Origin: a virus
Strand: one strand, 5' to 3'
DNA length: 64,000 nucleotides
Virus record (IMG/VR): IMGVR_UViG_3300029334_000002
Under the pieces are notes generated by a model. It was not told the DNA's origin. It ran no database searches and saw only the letters and a list, made by a program, of their open reading frames with translations. Shown here piece by piece: positions 1 to 9,008 of this stretch. Made by a program: the position numbers and the translations under genes. How positions within the stretch are numbered: position 1 is the stretch's first letter; each line of letters opens with the position of its first letter.

Positions 1-50
1 AAGTTTTTAAGAAGTGCTTGTTTTATAAGGCTCTAAGTCGGTTTTTCATG

Positions 51-91
51 GGTACCGGAAACCACTGCTCTATCCACTGAGCTACAGGCGC
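51..91 (-). tRNA. 5' 41-nt fragment of a tRNA-Arg(CCG)-like gene; putative att core
   Basis: Minus strand reads GCGCCTG-TA-GCTC-AGTGGATA-GAGC-A-GTGGT-TTCCGGT-ACC. That is acceptor 5' strand, D-arm, anticodon stem 5' half, a loop with CCG at positions 34-36, and three stem nt, after which the match stops (CATGAAAAAC). Positions 1-50 contain no T-arm or 3' acceptor strand. Confidence 0.55.
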
Positions 92-112
92 GTATCTTGA
101 AAATCAATCTTT

Positions 113-160
113 TGAAACCTTTGTAAATACTGAAAAGTATTGATTTTACTGGCTTTAAAG
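113..160. repeat. Imperfect 13-bp inverted repeat (AAATCAATCTTTT ... AAAAGTATTGATTT) in the att arm
   Basis: Read directly from the sequence; the arms are separated by about 20 nt. Possible binding site for IHF, Xis or Int. Confidence 0.3.
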
Positions 161-186
161 CCACTTTATAAGAGATATTCAGTTGT

Positions 187-200
187 CAAACTTGACACCT
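187..200. promoter_or_regulatory. Perfect palindrome TGTCAA-AC-TTGACA between the att core and int
   Basis: Two 6-bp arms with a 2-bp spacer. It contains a TTGACA -35-like hexamer, so it could be an operator or the int promoter. Confidence 0.3.
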
Positions 201-244
201 AGTCGTGTTAGTTTATACCCTTTTCACCCTATTAAATTTAATTC

Positions 245-297
245 ATAAGGGGGAAATAAGGGGGAATATTTCATTTCCCGCATTGATAAGGGGGAAA
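245..297 (+). repeat. Three direct copies of ATAAGGGGGAA(A)T; putative integrase arm-type binding sites
   Basis: Copies start at about 245, 256 and 286, directly upstream of int. Confidence 0.45.
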
Positions 298-364
298 TAA
301 TTATTGCTTCATCCTTATCCGTATGCTATAATTTACTTAACACATAATTCATATTATCATAATT

Positions 365-1627
365 TTGGAAAAAAGTAAAGTTTTTTATTTTGTAAGTAAA
401 ATTAGTGTAAATTTACACAACGGAGGGATGTATATGGCAAGAAGGGAAAAAGGTTCAGGATCATGGGATACTGTAACAAAGAATGACATTACATACTATA
501 GGTACCGTAAGAAATATGATGGTATGACAAGCCGGAAAGAATTTGTAGGAAGGACAAAAGCTGATGTAAGACGCAAGATACAAGAATTTGAAGCTAAGAG
601 TATGAGGGTTAACCAAAAAGATTATCGTAAGATGACTCTTGGGGAATGCATAGATAATATCCTGCAGACATTGGAGCCAACCTTCAAGACGAACAACTAT
701 GCTACTCTTCAGTCTACAAATCGCTGCTATATTAAAACTAATCCGATTGCTGATGTCCAGATGGCTGCTATAGACAAGATTGTCATTCAAACATACTATA
801 CAAATATGTCGAAGAAATATTCTGAGAGCACTGTTAAAAAGACACGCACTCTTTTCAATATTGTTTTCGACTATCTTGTATCCTGTAATATTATCACAGA
901 GAATCCTGCAAAAGGGATTAAGATGCCGCATAAGTCAAAATATGCAGTACAGAAGAAAGAACATTCTTTCTTATCTTTAGAAGAAGCTGAGAAGTTTTAT
1001 AAGACGGCTCTTATGAAAGCAGATTCTGCTTTGCCCGGCGTAAGGACAGGTGATTACATCTATGGACGTAATGCCAGGTTCTGTCTGTTAGTTCTTTATA
1101 CTGGCATGCGTATAGGAGAAGCTTATGCTCTCACATGGAAAGATATAGATTTTAAGAATAATACCATTAACATAGATAAGACAATGGAGCGTATCAAAGT
1201 AGATGGCAAATATCAGTGGCTCATAGATACACCAAAGCGTCCTAAGTCAATCAGAGTCATTCCTCTGGCAAATCGTGCAAAGGAACAGTTGCTCTGGCTT
1301 AAAACTGTGTCTCCTGGACTGGAAGCATCCGGAGATGACCATATATTCGTAACTAAGAACAATATTCCGCCATCACAATCAACTCTTACTAGGACGCTTA
1401 AAGCGATCCTCAAGAGAGCTGATATTGAATCTGATGGTTTCGGCTTACATGATCTCAGACATTCATTTGGGTCCATGCTGCTGCAGAAAGGATGGGAACA
1501 GAACCAGCCTGTAGATATTAAGGTGATATCAGAGATACTTGGACATGAAGATGTTTCTACAACTTATAACATATATATGCATATCATGAATAAACATAAA
1601 TCAGAAGTCATAAATTTACTTGATTAA
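365..1627 (+). CDS. int: Tyrosine-type site-specific integrase
   Basis: The C-terminal half carries a tyrosine-recombinase catalytic region (GMRIGEAYALTWKDID with an Arg, HDLRHSFGSMLL with the HxxR box, and a Tyr in STTYNIY). The N-terminus has a SAM-like/arm-binding region. The real start is probably the ATG near 435 (MARREKG), which sits behind a GGAGGG RBS. Confidence 0.9.
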   Translation: MEKSKVFYFVSKISVNLHNGGMYMARREKGSGSWDTVTKNDITYYRYRKKYDGMTSRKEFVGRTKADVRRKIQEFEAKSMRVNQKDYRKMTLGECIDNILQTLEPTFKTNNYATLQSTNRCYIKTNPIADVQMAAIDKIVIQTYYTNMSKKYSESTVKKTRTLFNIVFDYLVSCNIITENPAKGIKMPHKSKYAVQKKEHSFLSLEEAEKFYKTALMKADSALPGVRTGDYIYGRNARFCLLVLYTGMRIGEAYALTWKDIDFKNNTINIDKTMERIKVDGKYQWLIDTPKRPKSIRVIPLANRAKEQLLWLKTVSPGLEASGDDHIFVTKNNIPPSQSTLTRTLKAILKRADIESDGFGLHDLRHSFGSMLLQKGWEQNQPVDIKVISEILGHEDVSTTYNIYMHIMNKHKSEVINLLD

Positions 1628-1633
1628 AAATAA

Positions 1634-1671
1634 GGGAGTTATATCATTTCGATATAGCTCCCATTTTTTAC
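1634..1671. terminator. Bidirectional intrinsic terminator between the convergent int and xis genes
   Basis: Hairpin GGGAGTTATATC-ATTTC-GATATAGCTCCC (12-bp stem, one mismatch), flanked by TAAAAATAA on one side and ATTTTTTA on the other. Confidence 0.5.
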
Positions 1672-1898
1672 TATAAAAATATTGTTTTACGTATATTATC
1701 AGATATCCATTTAAGATACTTTTCTTTAGGAATCCTGTATGTATTTCCTATTTTTATTTTAGGGAAAGAACTTAGTTGAATAAGCTGATATGTTTTGTTA
1801 CGTCCTATTTTTAGATGTTTTTGTATATCTGTTGGAGTTAACATTTCATCCATTCCATACTCCTTTTGATTATATGAGCCATATTTAAAGGACTCCAT
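1671..1898 (-). CDS. xis: Excisionase-like HTH DNA-binding protein (MerR/Xis HTH_17-like)
   Basis: Contains LTPTDIQKHLKIGRNKTYQLIQLSSFPKIKIGNTYRIPKEKYLKW, which matches the excisionase HTH pattern. It is convergent with int. The real start is probably a downstream Met, because the annotated start overlaps the kinase ORF. Confidence 0.55.
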   Translation of the reverse strand: MESFKYGSYNQKEYGMDEMLTPTDIQKHLKIGRNKTYQLIQLSSFPKIKIGNTYRIPKEKYLKWISDNIRKTIFL

Positions 1899-2371
1899 GA
1901 ATAGCCTTTATTTGAAATTACATAATCTACTTCATCCTTAATACCATCAAATTGACCCACATCAGATAGATTTCTCCTATAGGCTTCTTCTATGTCGTCA
2001 CCACGTTCCAGAATTTTAATTAATCTATCCCTTCGAGGAACATCAATATAGAAAGATATAATATGCAAATCTTTGTTCTTCCTTAATTGTCTGAGCCCAT
2101 GAGGAGTCAAGACAACTACTTTATCATCTGTACAGTCTTCTTTGGCTGTTCCATATTGCCAACCATTGTAAGAAGCATGTTCAGCAAAAAGATCTTTTTC
2201 TATCATATCATTAAATTGCTCTTCTGTAATAAAATGATATGTTTCTCCATCTACATCTTCTTTTCTCATAGGTCTAGTAGTATATGTAACTATTTTATTA
2301 AAACCTAAAGCAATAAGCTCTCTTTCAATAGAACTTTTACCTGATGCTGATTCTCCTACAAGTACTATCAT
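1838..2371 (-). CDS. Deoxynucleoside monophosphate kinase / guanylate-kinase-like P-loop kinase
   Basis: P-loop GESASGKSS followed by TTRPMRKEDVDGETYHFITEEQF, a guanylate-kinase-like signature. Confidence 0.6.
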   Translation of the reverse strand: MIVLVGESASGKSSIERELIALGFNKIVTYTTRPMRKEDVDGETYHFITEEQFNDMIEKDLFAEHASYNGWQYGTAKEDCTDDKVVVLTPHGLRQLRKNKDLHIISFYIDVPRRDRLIKILERGDDIEEAYRRNLSDVGQFDGIKDEVDYVISNKGYSWSPLNMAHIIKRSMEWMKC

Positions 2372-3063
2372 GCGGCATTCTCCTTTGTATAAGTAATTAA
2401 CTCCTTAGCATAAGGAAGAGTTAAAATCCAGTCACAAAACTGATGCCATTCAGTTAATTTATGAGACTTCCTCTGAAAATACATAGAACGAAGATTCTCA
2501 TAATTCAAACTGAGAGTTCTTGTCTGAAGCCATCCATTAGGTAACCAACGTACTAAAGCTTTCCAATAACGCTTGTCTTTAGTCTCAAGATATTTCTGTC
2601 TATAATACTCACACTGATCAATAATAGCTGCTGGATCTTCAATCTCTGAATTGAAATCGTCTGTTTCAAAACATTCCAAAGTAATAGGTGTACTAGCAAG
2701 TTTGTGCATTGTACTGGAACTATTAGCTACTGTTCCTACTTTGTATGTATCGTACTCTTTCCACCAATAAAGCGGTGCGGTAATAGTAACAGCTACAGAA
2801 ATCTGTCTTAAAAATTTTCTATGCTCTGGTCCGGCACTGATAAGTCTCTGACATAAATCCATGTCATTTGGACCAATAATATAATCCGTCATTCCGCACT
2901 GGTCGTAAGGCCCGTCATCAAATGGGCATTCACCACATTCGGCAAGCACACAAGAAACACTATCACTCTTACTATGAGACATTAACGGCAGTCTCATTCC
3001 ATAAAGTGCTTCTTCAAAGTTATATACATGTGTTCTTTCAAATTTCATAGTTAAACCCTCCAC
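2368..3063 (-). CDS. thyX: Flavin-dependent thymidylate synthase ThyX
   Basis: ThyX-like length and a HRKFLRQIS segment resembling the RHRxxxxxS motif. It sits in a block of nucleotide-metabolism genes. Confidence 0.7.
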   Translation of the reverse strand: MEGLTMKFERTHVYNFEEALYGMRLPLMSHSKSDSVSCVLAECGECPFDDGPYDQCGMTDYIIGPNDMDLCQRLISAGPEHRKFLRQISVAVTITAPLYWWKEYDTYKVGTVANSSSTMHKLASTPITLECFETDDFNSEIEDPAAIIDQCEYYRQKYLETKDKRYWKALVRWLPNGWLQTRTLSLNYENLRSMYFQRKSHKLTEWHQFCDWILTLPYAKELITYTKENAA

Positions 3064-3278
3064 TTTTTAATAGCTTTATTAAAAATTTCTATATCTATTT
3101 CTGGACCCATAATATTTATGTCAATATCTTTTGGTAATCCAAAAGATAAGACTCCCAGAATAGACTTTAAATCAATAACATATCTTCCGAACTGTGCATC
3201 AATATCACAATTTTTAAATCTATTGGCAATACTGACAATTTCTGTAGCATCTGTCGAATCATTTAGTCGAATTTTCAT
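3051..3278 (-). CDS. HPr/Crh-like phosphocarrier-fold protein without the His15 active site
   Basis: DLKSILGVLSFGLPKDIDINI aligns with the HPr segment NLKSIMGVMSLG..AEITI (the Ser46 region is conserved). The residue aligned with His15 is not His, as in the Crh paralog. Confidence 0.5.
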   Translation of the reverse strand: MKIRLNDSTDATEIVSIANRFKNCDIDAQFGRYVIDLKSILGVLSFGLPKDIDINIMGPEIDIEIFNKAIKKWRV

Positions 3279-3368
3279 CTTTATCCTTTCTTTTTGTTAA
3301 ATAGTATGATATAGTGTAGATGGTTGTTCTATACACTTCACTTGTACACAACCAACACACATTTTTTT

Positions 3369-3404
3369 TAGAGGCACTCTATTCAGCGCCTCTATTTTTT
3401 ATTT
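3369..3404 (+). terminator. Plus-strand-oriented intrinsic terminator hairpin abutting the dut stop codon
   Basis: Stem TAGAGGC / GCCTCTA with a 12-nt loop, T8 upstream and TTTTTTATTT downstream on the + strand. Confidence 0.35.
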
Positions 3405-3917
3405 ATCTGTACTTCCAAATCCACCATTACGAGTACCCTCAGTTTTATCATCTTCTGTAATTCCATAAGGTAAGAAAATCCCCTGACAGAAGCCATCACC
3501 TTTAGCTACTTTCATAGTTTTAACCCCTTCATTGGTAATTTTAACCATAATATGCCCTTCGTTATCTGAATAGAAATAATCACTGTCAATGATGCCAACT
3601 GTGTTCTCAAGTCTTATTCTATATTTAAAACCTAAACCACTTCTTGGAAACAACATTAGTACCCAATCATTGTTCATTCCGCAACGAATACCAGTTGGAA
3701 TCTTAATTGTTTCTCCCGGCTCTAACACAAATGACAACGGTGAATAGAAGTCATAGCCAGCACTACCTTTAGTTGCTCTCTGAGGAAGTTCAATAGGGTA
3801 ATATGCATCTTTGATTGTTTTATCAGCAATCATTGACGGCTTACTGAATGAATCTTTCCATGCTGTTTCAAACTGTTCATAAGATACTTTTTCAAATTTT
3901 GCAACTCTTTTTGCCAT
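3399..3917 (-). CDS. dut: dUTPase (dUTP diphosphatase, trimeric Dut family)
   Basis: Motifs SAGYDFYS, RSGLGFKYRI and GIIDSDY. Confidence 0.8.
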   Translation of the reverse strand: MAKRVAKFEKVSYEQFETAWKDSFSKPSMIADKTIKDAYYPIELPQRATKGSAGYDFYSPLSFVLEPGETIKIPTGIRCGMNNDWVLMLFPRSGLGFKYRIRLENTVGIIDSDYFYSDNEGHIMVKITNEGVKTMKVAKGDGFCQGIFLPYGITEDDKTEGTRNGGFGSTDK

Positions 3918-3973
3918 ATTAATAATCTCCTTTGTGTATGTAATATTGTGATTCTTTTATTGATAAGTTCATG

Positions 3974-4381
3974 CTAAAAATGTAATTCTTCATCACTTAG
4001 TCTGATTTGAATATAAACATTTTTATTGTCTTTAGGAATAAATCCATATACATGAACTTTTTCATTTGGATCATCAAAACATAAAATATTAGTATTTTCA
4101 TCTTCTGGTTTTAACAAGTCCATAGCAAATTTTCTTATTGCTCTTTTCTGTAAAATTCTTGATTTACTACGTAGATTATTAGCACACCATATCCATCCAT
4201 AACCAATACCTTCAACATCTATCCAGCAACATATATCTGGACGACTCTCATCATCATACCAATACTCACATACTTCTATATTTTTATATCTTTTTATTGG
4301 TATTCTAATATCTTTCTTTTTAAGAATATAATATATATCATCAGATAAATTGAAGTCTTTTATTACTCCTTGCAATGTCAT
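3974..4381 (-). CDS. Hypothetical protein
   Basis: Long ORF in the same orientation as the block; no recognisable motif. Confidence 0.4.
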   Translation of the reverse strand: MTLQGVIKDFNLSDDIYYILKKKDIRIPIKRYKNIEVCEYWYDDESRPDICCWIDVEGIGYGWIWCANNLRSKSRILQKRAIRKFAMDLLKPEDENTNILCFDDPNEKVHVYGFIPKDNKNVYIQIRLSDEELHF

Positions 4382-4397
4382 AAACTAATCTGACCTT

Positions 4398-5087
4398 TCA
4401 TTTTATATTTTCTTTTAAATACTTAATATATTTGTCCCATTCACCTAATGAATGGATATATTCTTTAGTTTTTAAACATTTTTTCTTCATATCTTTTTTC
4501 AAATCAATTGTCCTATACTGCTTACTTTTTTGAAGTTTATTGGTCAAAAAAGCGTCAGTTACCCTAGAGACTAACAAGTAATCCTTGTTGTCCATAGAAT
4601 CCAAAATAGCGTTGTATTCTGCTAAATCTTCATCAGGAATAGGGTAATCACATTTGGGTAAGTTTTTAGTCGAGAAAGGACTAATATCTGATCCTGCAGT
4701 TGCAGGTTTAAGAAAAGATGCTATGTATTCTAACTTACGAGCATGGAACTTAAATTCTATTTCTTTATCATTTTCCATGATACTTCGCACAGTTCCTTCA
4801 TCTTCAAGTGCTTTGTATAATTCTTCATAAGTCTTATATTCCGATAATCCAATATCATTAGCTATAGCTTTTAAAATATTGTGTCCTCTTCCTATAGATG
4901 GGATATAAGCTACAAGAGTAGAAAAACCATAATGATATATCTGAGCACCACCATAGCATTTGATATAAATATCATCAAAACTTGGGTCTATTCCTCCAGA
5001 GTCATCTCTGGGATAATCATTGGTACTTTGATCTATTGCAGCTTTTAGTCTGTAAGTACCTTTATATTTCATTAGATATTTTGCCAT
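4398..5087 (-). CDS. Hypothetical protein
   Basis: 229-aa ORF, no recognisable motif. Confidence 0.4.
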   Translation of the reverse strand: MAKYLMKYKGTYRLKAAIDQSTNDYPRDDSGGIDPSFDDIYIKCYGGAQIYHYGFSTLVAYIPSIGRGHNILKAIANDIGLSEYKTYEELYKALEDEGTVRSIMENDKEIEFKFHARKLEYIASFLKPATAGSDISPFSTKNLPKCDYPIPDEDLAEYNAILDSMDNKDYLLVSRVTDAFLTNKLQKSKQYRTIDLKKDMKKKCLKTKEYIHSLGEWDKYIKYLKENIK

Positions 5088-5473
5088 TATTCTCCCTTTT
5101 CAAATAATTTTTCAATACCAGTTACATTGTTTCTATGATTCATATAATCCACTTACTTCTTGACAAATCTTCAATATAGTGTTATATTTAGTATAGTAAT
5201 TTCAATTATCCCCTATATAAATCCCATATAAAGATTCAAAAAAATATATATCTTTAAGGGGGTGATTAAGATTGGATTTTTAATTTTAGCACTTATATTG
5301 GCGATGTTATTGTGTTTTATGTACGTAATAACATATATCATACTTAAGCAACTTAAAAACAGCAAAACTAATTTAATTAAAATTAATTTACTATCTAAAA
5401 TCATATCTATAGAGATTGAAATTACCAATAATAATTAATTATAGATTAAAGGGGAAAATATAATACATTATAC

Positions 5474-5504
5474 GGGCACCAGATGGGTGCCCATCTTTTA
5501 TTTT
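5474..5504 (+). terminator. Plus-strand-oriented intrinsic terminator hairpin abutting the stop of a small minus-strand gene
   Basis: Stem GGGCACC-AGAT-GGGTGCCC followed by ATCTTTTATTTT. Confidence 0.35.
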
Positions 5505-5692
5505 CCAAGCATTTTAGAATCAGTTCCTTTTTTAAATCCAAAGAACGGAACATCTTCTTTAAAAATATAATCATCATTAATATAGTAACATGGATGCTCT
5601 TTTGTCTTTATAAAGAAGCATTCCTCTTGCGTTAACTCACAACAGTTAAATAAATAACTTTCTCTGTAATAATCACAATTGAGACAATTCAT
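5498..5692 (-). CDS. Small Cys-rich protein
   Basis: CxxC...CC...C pattern. Confidence 0.3.
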   Translation of the reverse strand: MNCLNCDYYRESYLFNCCELTQEECFFIKTKEHPCYYINDDYIFKEDVPFFGFKKGTDSKMLGK

Positions 5693-5834
5693 TTTAGTTT
5701 TTTTACTCCCTTTAACTCATTGACAATGGTAATAAAAACGCCCACAAGCACCATGGAGATTCTGTAATTTTCATACCTATTATTACTGCTACAGCAGTTG
5801 AAATCCATGCTATTGCTTTTGCAAATTCCATATA

Positions 5835-6056
5835 TTAATTCTCCTTTAATACCATAATAACTGCATTACACATACCAATAATCTTTTGAAATTTTTCATC
5901 TTTCGAATGAACGTTTGCGCTAGACAAGGCATATCCATTTTCTGCAATTTCTTTTATTGCTGACATCCATTCAACAACAATGTTACTACCAGATTTTTCT
6001 TTAAGCTGATTTTCAGCATACATTCTTTCTTTATCAATAACTTCTTTATCAATCAT
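5835..6056 (-). CDS. Hypothetical small protein
   Basis: ORF in block orientation. Confidence 0.3.
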   Translation of the reverse strand: MIDKEVIDKERMYAENQLKEKSGSNIVVEWMSAIKEIAENGYALSSANVHSKDEKFQKIIGMCNAVIMVLKEN

Positions 6057-6058
6057 TG

Positions 6059-6328
6059 TTAATATTCCTCATAGTCAGTCTCATCACTGATATTTAATTT
6101 ATGTTTCTCAGCTTCATGTACTTTATTCAATGCGACTTTTTTACTATCAAATACTACTTCTCCTACAGTATTAAATCCTAAGAGATACTCATGTTTATCT
6201 CTTTTATCCATACCTACAAAGTAGGTGTCTGTGACTGTACGAACAGTCAAATCACAGACATCATAGATACCTACTGTAGGGAAAATTCTTGTATAATAGA
6301 GCTTGTCACCTTTTTCTATTACTTTCAT
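6059..6328 (-). CDS. Hypothetical small protein
   Basis: ORF in block orientation, tightly packed against the RNR gene. Confidence 0.3.
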   Translation of the reverse strand: MKVIEKGDKLYYTRIFPTVGIYDVCDLTVRTVTDTYFVGMDKRDKHEYLLGFNTVGEVVFDSKKVALNKVHEAEKHKLNISDETDYEEY

Positions 6329-8577
6329 TAATCACATTTACTCCATCCACAATTCTTGCAAGTGTTACAGCCACCTTCAAAGACTAATTCTCCACCACAC
6401 TGAGGACATTTCGCCTTAGAAACTGGTACAATTTTAGGTGTAATAACTTCTAATTCTTTTTCTTCAATATCTGAAAAACCTACTTCATCCATCATCTCTT
6501 CATACATTTCAAGAAGAGCATTTCCAATAGCTACAGGGCAACTGCTGCCTTTAGATGTATCGTGCTTAGTAGCTGTTCTAACCGCATATGATGGACAGGT
6601 ACCAGAAGATTTTAACTGATCTACTATGGAATAAACATCAATTCCGCCTCTAGCTGCCAAAGAAATCATTCTCGAAAGTCCAATCATAAAATTATTACAC
6701 CCACCGGAAGACCCTTTACTGAAATAAGTTTCAAGCAACTGGCCATTGTCTGGATCAAAGAAAGCTTCACAATGGAGTGTTCCACAACCTGTCCTAAGAG
6801 TTCTCTTTTTGCCAATGCAATTATCATCTGCTTTGATGATCATTCCTCTTTCTAATCTGTGAGGTTTTTCTACAATATCTTCTACATTCTCTTTAATAGT
6901 AAGAATACCTGCACGTTTACATCCATCTCTAAAGATAGTTACACCTTTTAATCCTGCATCCCATGCAGTCATGTATAATCCTTCCACCTGTTCAACTGTA
7001 AAATCATTTGGAACATTAACAGTAGAACTGATAGATGCATCAATGTGTGACTGCCAAATACTTTGCATATAGATTCTGTTCTTATAATCCAGTGTCTGAG
7101 CTGTTACAAAGTAATCTGGTAATTCAGAATCATCTTTTAATCCATGTTTATCCATATATTCTTTTACAATTGGAGTGTAGACTTTATAATATTCATCATG
7201 ACCTTTAAGAGACTCTGTTTTTCTTGTATAGTAGTTTGCAAAAATAGGTTCAATACCACCAGACACACCGAGCATAGTTGAAAGAGATCCAGTTGGTGCA
7301 ATTGTAAGTAACTGAGAGTTTCTAAGTCCAAATGATTCTACTAATTCTTTTGTTTCTCCTAATGCATTTTTACTATAAAACGCTGATTGTTCTACCGCTT
7401 CTGGTTTATATTTAGGATATACACCATATTCTTTTGCTAACACAGCAGATGTTTTAATTGCCATATCTGCCATAGTATGTCCAATCATGTCACATAAATC
7501 AATGGCTTCTGGACTACCATATTTAATTCCCAGTTTAATAAGCAAATCGGCAAGACCAAAGATTCCAAGTCCAATCTGTCTCCAATCATATACAGATTCT
7601 CTTTGTTCTTTTAATGGATGGAGTGGAAGTCCTTCATCTAATACTTCATTTAATGCAATAACAGACGATTTGACACAATGCTTAAAACTCTCAAAATCAA
7701 ATCCTGTATCACATGCAAATTCAGCTAGGTTAATGCTACCAAGAAGGCATGAACCTCCCGCTGGCAAAGGTTCTTCTGCGCATGGATTTGTTCCTGCATA
7801 TTCAAACTCATCATCACAACTAAGTAAATTCCAGTTATTGATTCTGTCCCAGAAAAGCATTCCAGGTTCAGCATAATCCCAGTTCATTTCACACATTTTA
7901 TGGAACATTTCATATGCATCAATTTCTTTAGTGATGGTTTCTCCTGTTTCTAACCTAGTAAATGATAAAGTAAATGGAGTTTTATTCTTTACCGCAGCCA
8001 TAAACTTGTCTGTAATTCTAATAGAAATATTAGCTTTTGTGACTCTATCAAGGTCTGATTTAATACCAATAAACTCTTCTAAGTCTGGATGCTCACATGA
8101 AAGACTAAGCATTAAAGCTCCTCTACGTCCCGCTTGCCCGATTAATCCAGTAACCATAGAATATAAGTCCATAAATGATACAGAACCAGTTGTTTCTTTA
8201 GCGGCATTATTGACCTTTGCACCTCTTGGAGATAATTTACTAATATCAACTCCACATCCACCACCATAGCTATATGTACGAGCAAGTTTTTTAGCGCAGT
8301 CAAAGATACTTTCAATATTGTCTTCTGGTGGTTCAATTACATAGCAATTACTGAGACTAATTTTACGTCCTTTATTCTCAAGACCTCTATTAGCAAGAAT
8401 GCGACCTCCAAATAAGAACTTTTTCTCTTTAATTAAATTAGCAATTTCTGAATTTCCACCAGATACACGATTAATCCACTCATCAAAAGTTTCATTTTCA
8501 TATCTGTATTTTCTTTCCCAAATGTCTTGTCCTAATTGATTCTCTGTTCCTAACCATTCCTGTACTGTCATACACAT
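6328..8577 (-). CDS. nrdJ: Ribonucleotide reductase, class II-like catalytic chain with a C-terminal zinc ribbon
   Basis: Class I/II active-site signature NPCAEEPLPAGGSCLLGSINL (consensus NPCxE...SCNLGSINL). C-terminal CPQCGG...CNTCKNC zinc ribbon. There is no NrdB-like partner and no glycyl-radical motif in the window. Confidence 0.75.
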   Translation of the reverse strand: MCMTVQEWLGTENQLGQDIWERKYRYENETFDEWINRVSGGNSEIANLIKEKKFLFGGRILANRGLENKGRKISLSNCYVIEPPEDNIESIFDCAKKLARTYSYGGGCGVDISKLSPRGAKVNNAAKETTGSVSFMDLYSMVTGLIGQAGRRGALMLSLSCEHPDLEEFIGIKSDLDRVTKANISIRITDKFMAAVKNKTPFTLSFTRLETGETITKEIDAYEMFHKMCEMNWDYAEPGMLFWDRINNWNLLSCDDEFEYAGTNPCAEEPLPAGGSCLLGSINLAEFACDTGFDFESFKHCVKSSVIALNEVLDEGLPLHPLKEQRESVYDWRQIGLGIFGLADLLIKLGIKYGSPEAIDLCDMIGHTMADMAIKTSAVLAKEYGVYPKYKPEAVEQSAFYSKNALGETKELVESFGLRNSQLLTIAPTGSLSTMLGVSGGIEPIFANYYTRKTESLKGHDEYYKVYTPIVKEYMDKHGLKDDSELPDYFVTAQTLDYKNRIYMQSIWQSHIDASISSTVNVPNDFTVEQVEGLYMTAWDAGLKGVTIFRDGCKRAGILTIKENVEDIVEKPHRLERGMIIKADDNCIGKKRTLRTGCGTLHCEAFFDPDNGQLLETYFSKGSSGGCNNFMIGLSRMISLAARGGIDVYSIVDQLKSSGTCPSYAVRTATKHDTSKGSSCPVAIGNALLEMYEEMMDEVGFSDIEEKELEVITPKIVPVSKAKCPQCGGELVFEGGCNTCKNCGWSKCD

Positions 8578-8582
8578 TCTCC

Positions 8583-9008
8583 TTAATCGTAATAATTAAT
8601 AATATAATCAACAGCTTCTTCAAGAGTATCAAACACTACATCACAATCTTCAGGAAGCCATTCATATACATTCTGTTTCCCAAATCCAATAACAGGTATC
8701 CCTTTATCAACTGCATATTGTAATTCCTGTCCAGTTCCCACAGAATTTTCAGTATTATTAAGGTTTACTAAAATCAAATCACTATTGGCGATGAGATACT
8801 TTATATAGAAATTTTTTGTCTGCTTGGCTGTAATAGATTTAGAGCCATCTCTAGGAAAATACTCTGTTGGATCATATAAGTGATATGCAATAAGATCTAA
8901 ATACTTTTGTGCTAAAATAAATCTCTCAAAAGCTTCATTCCTCCAAGATGTCCCTTCATCAACTAATCCTTTGCAAGCACCAGCTAAATAAATATTTAAT
9001 CTTTTCAT
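8583..9008 (-). CDS. Nucleoside 2-deoxyribosyltransferase-like protein
   Basis: Rossmann-like start MKRLNIYLAG and a catalytic-Glu region GTGQELQYA typical of the Ndt/Rcl family. Confidence 0.55.
   Translation of the reverse strand: MKRLNIYLAGACKGLVDEGTSWRNEAFERFILAQKYLDLIAYHLYDPTEYFPRDGSKSITAKQTKNFYIKYLIANSDLILVNLNNTENSVGTGQELQYAVDKGIPVIGFGKQNVYEWLPEDCDVVFDTLEEAVDYIINYYD

Noticed and set aside
1-50. Looked for the 3' half (T-arm, acceptor 3' strand) of the tRNA-Arg whose 5' half is at 51-91
   Set aside because: Neither strand of 1-50 contains a GTTCGA-type T-loop or a strand complementary to GCGCCTG. The tRNA is truncated here, so I did not call an intact tRNA gene.
7487-8336. Plus- and minus-strand ORFs inside the RNR gene (7487-7876 +, 7931-8269 +, 8142-8336 -)
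   Set aside because: They are fully embedded in a long ORF that carries RNR active-site motifs. Their composition is Ser/Pro-rich or Leu-rich, typical of alternative frames.
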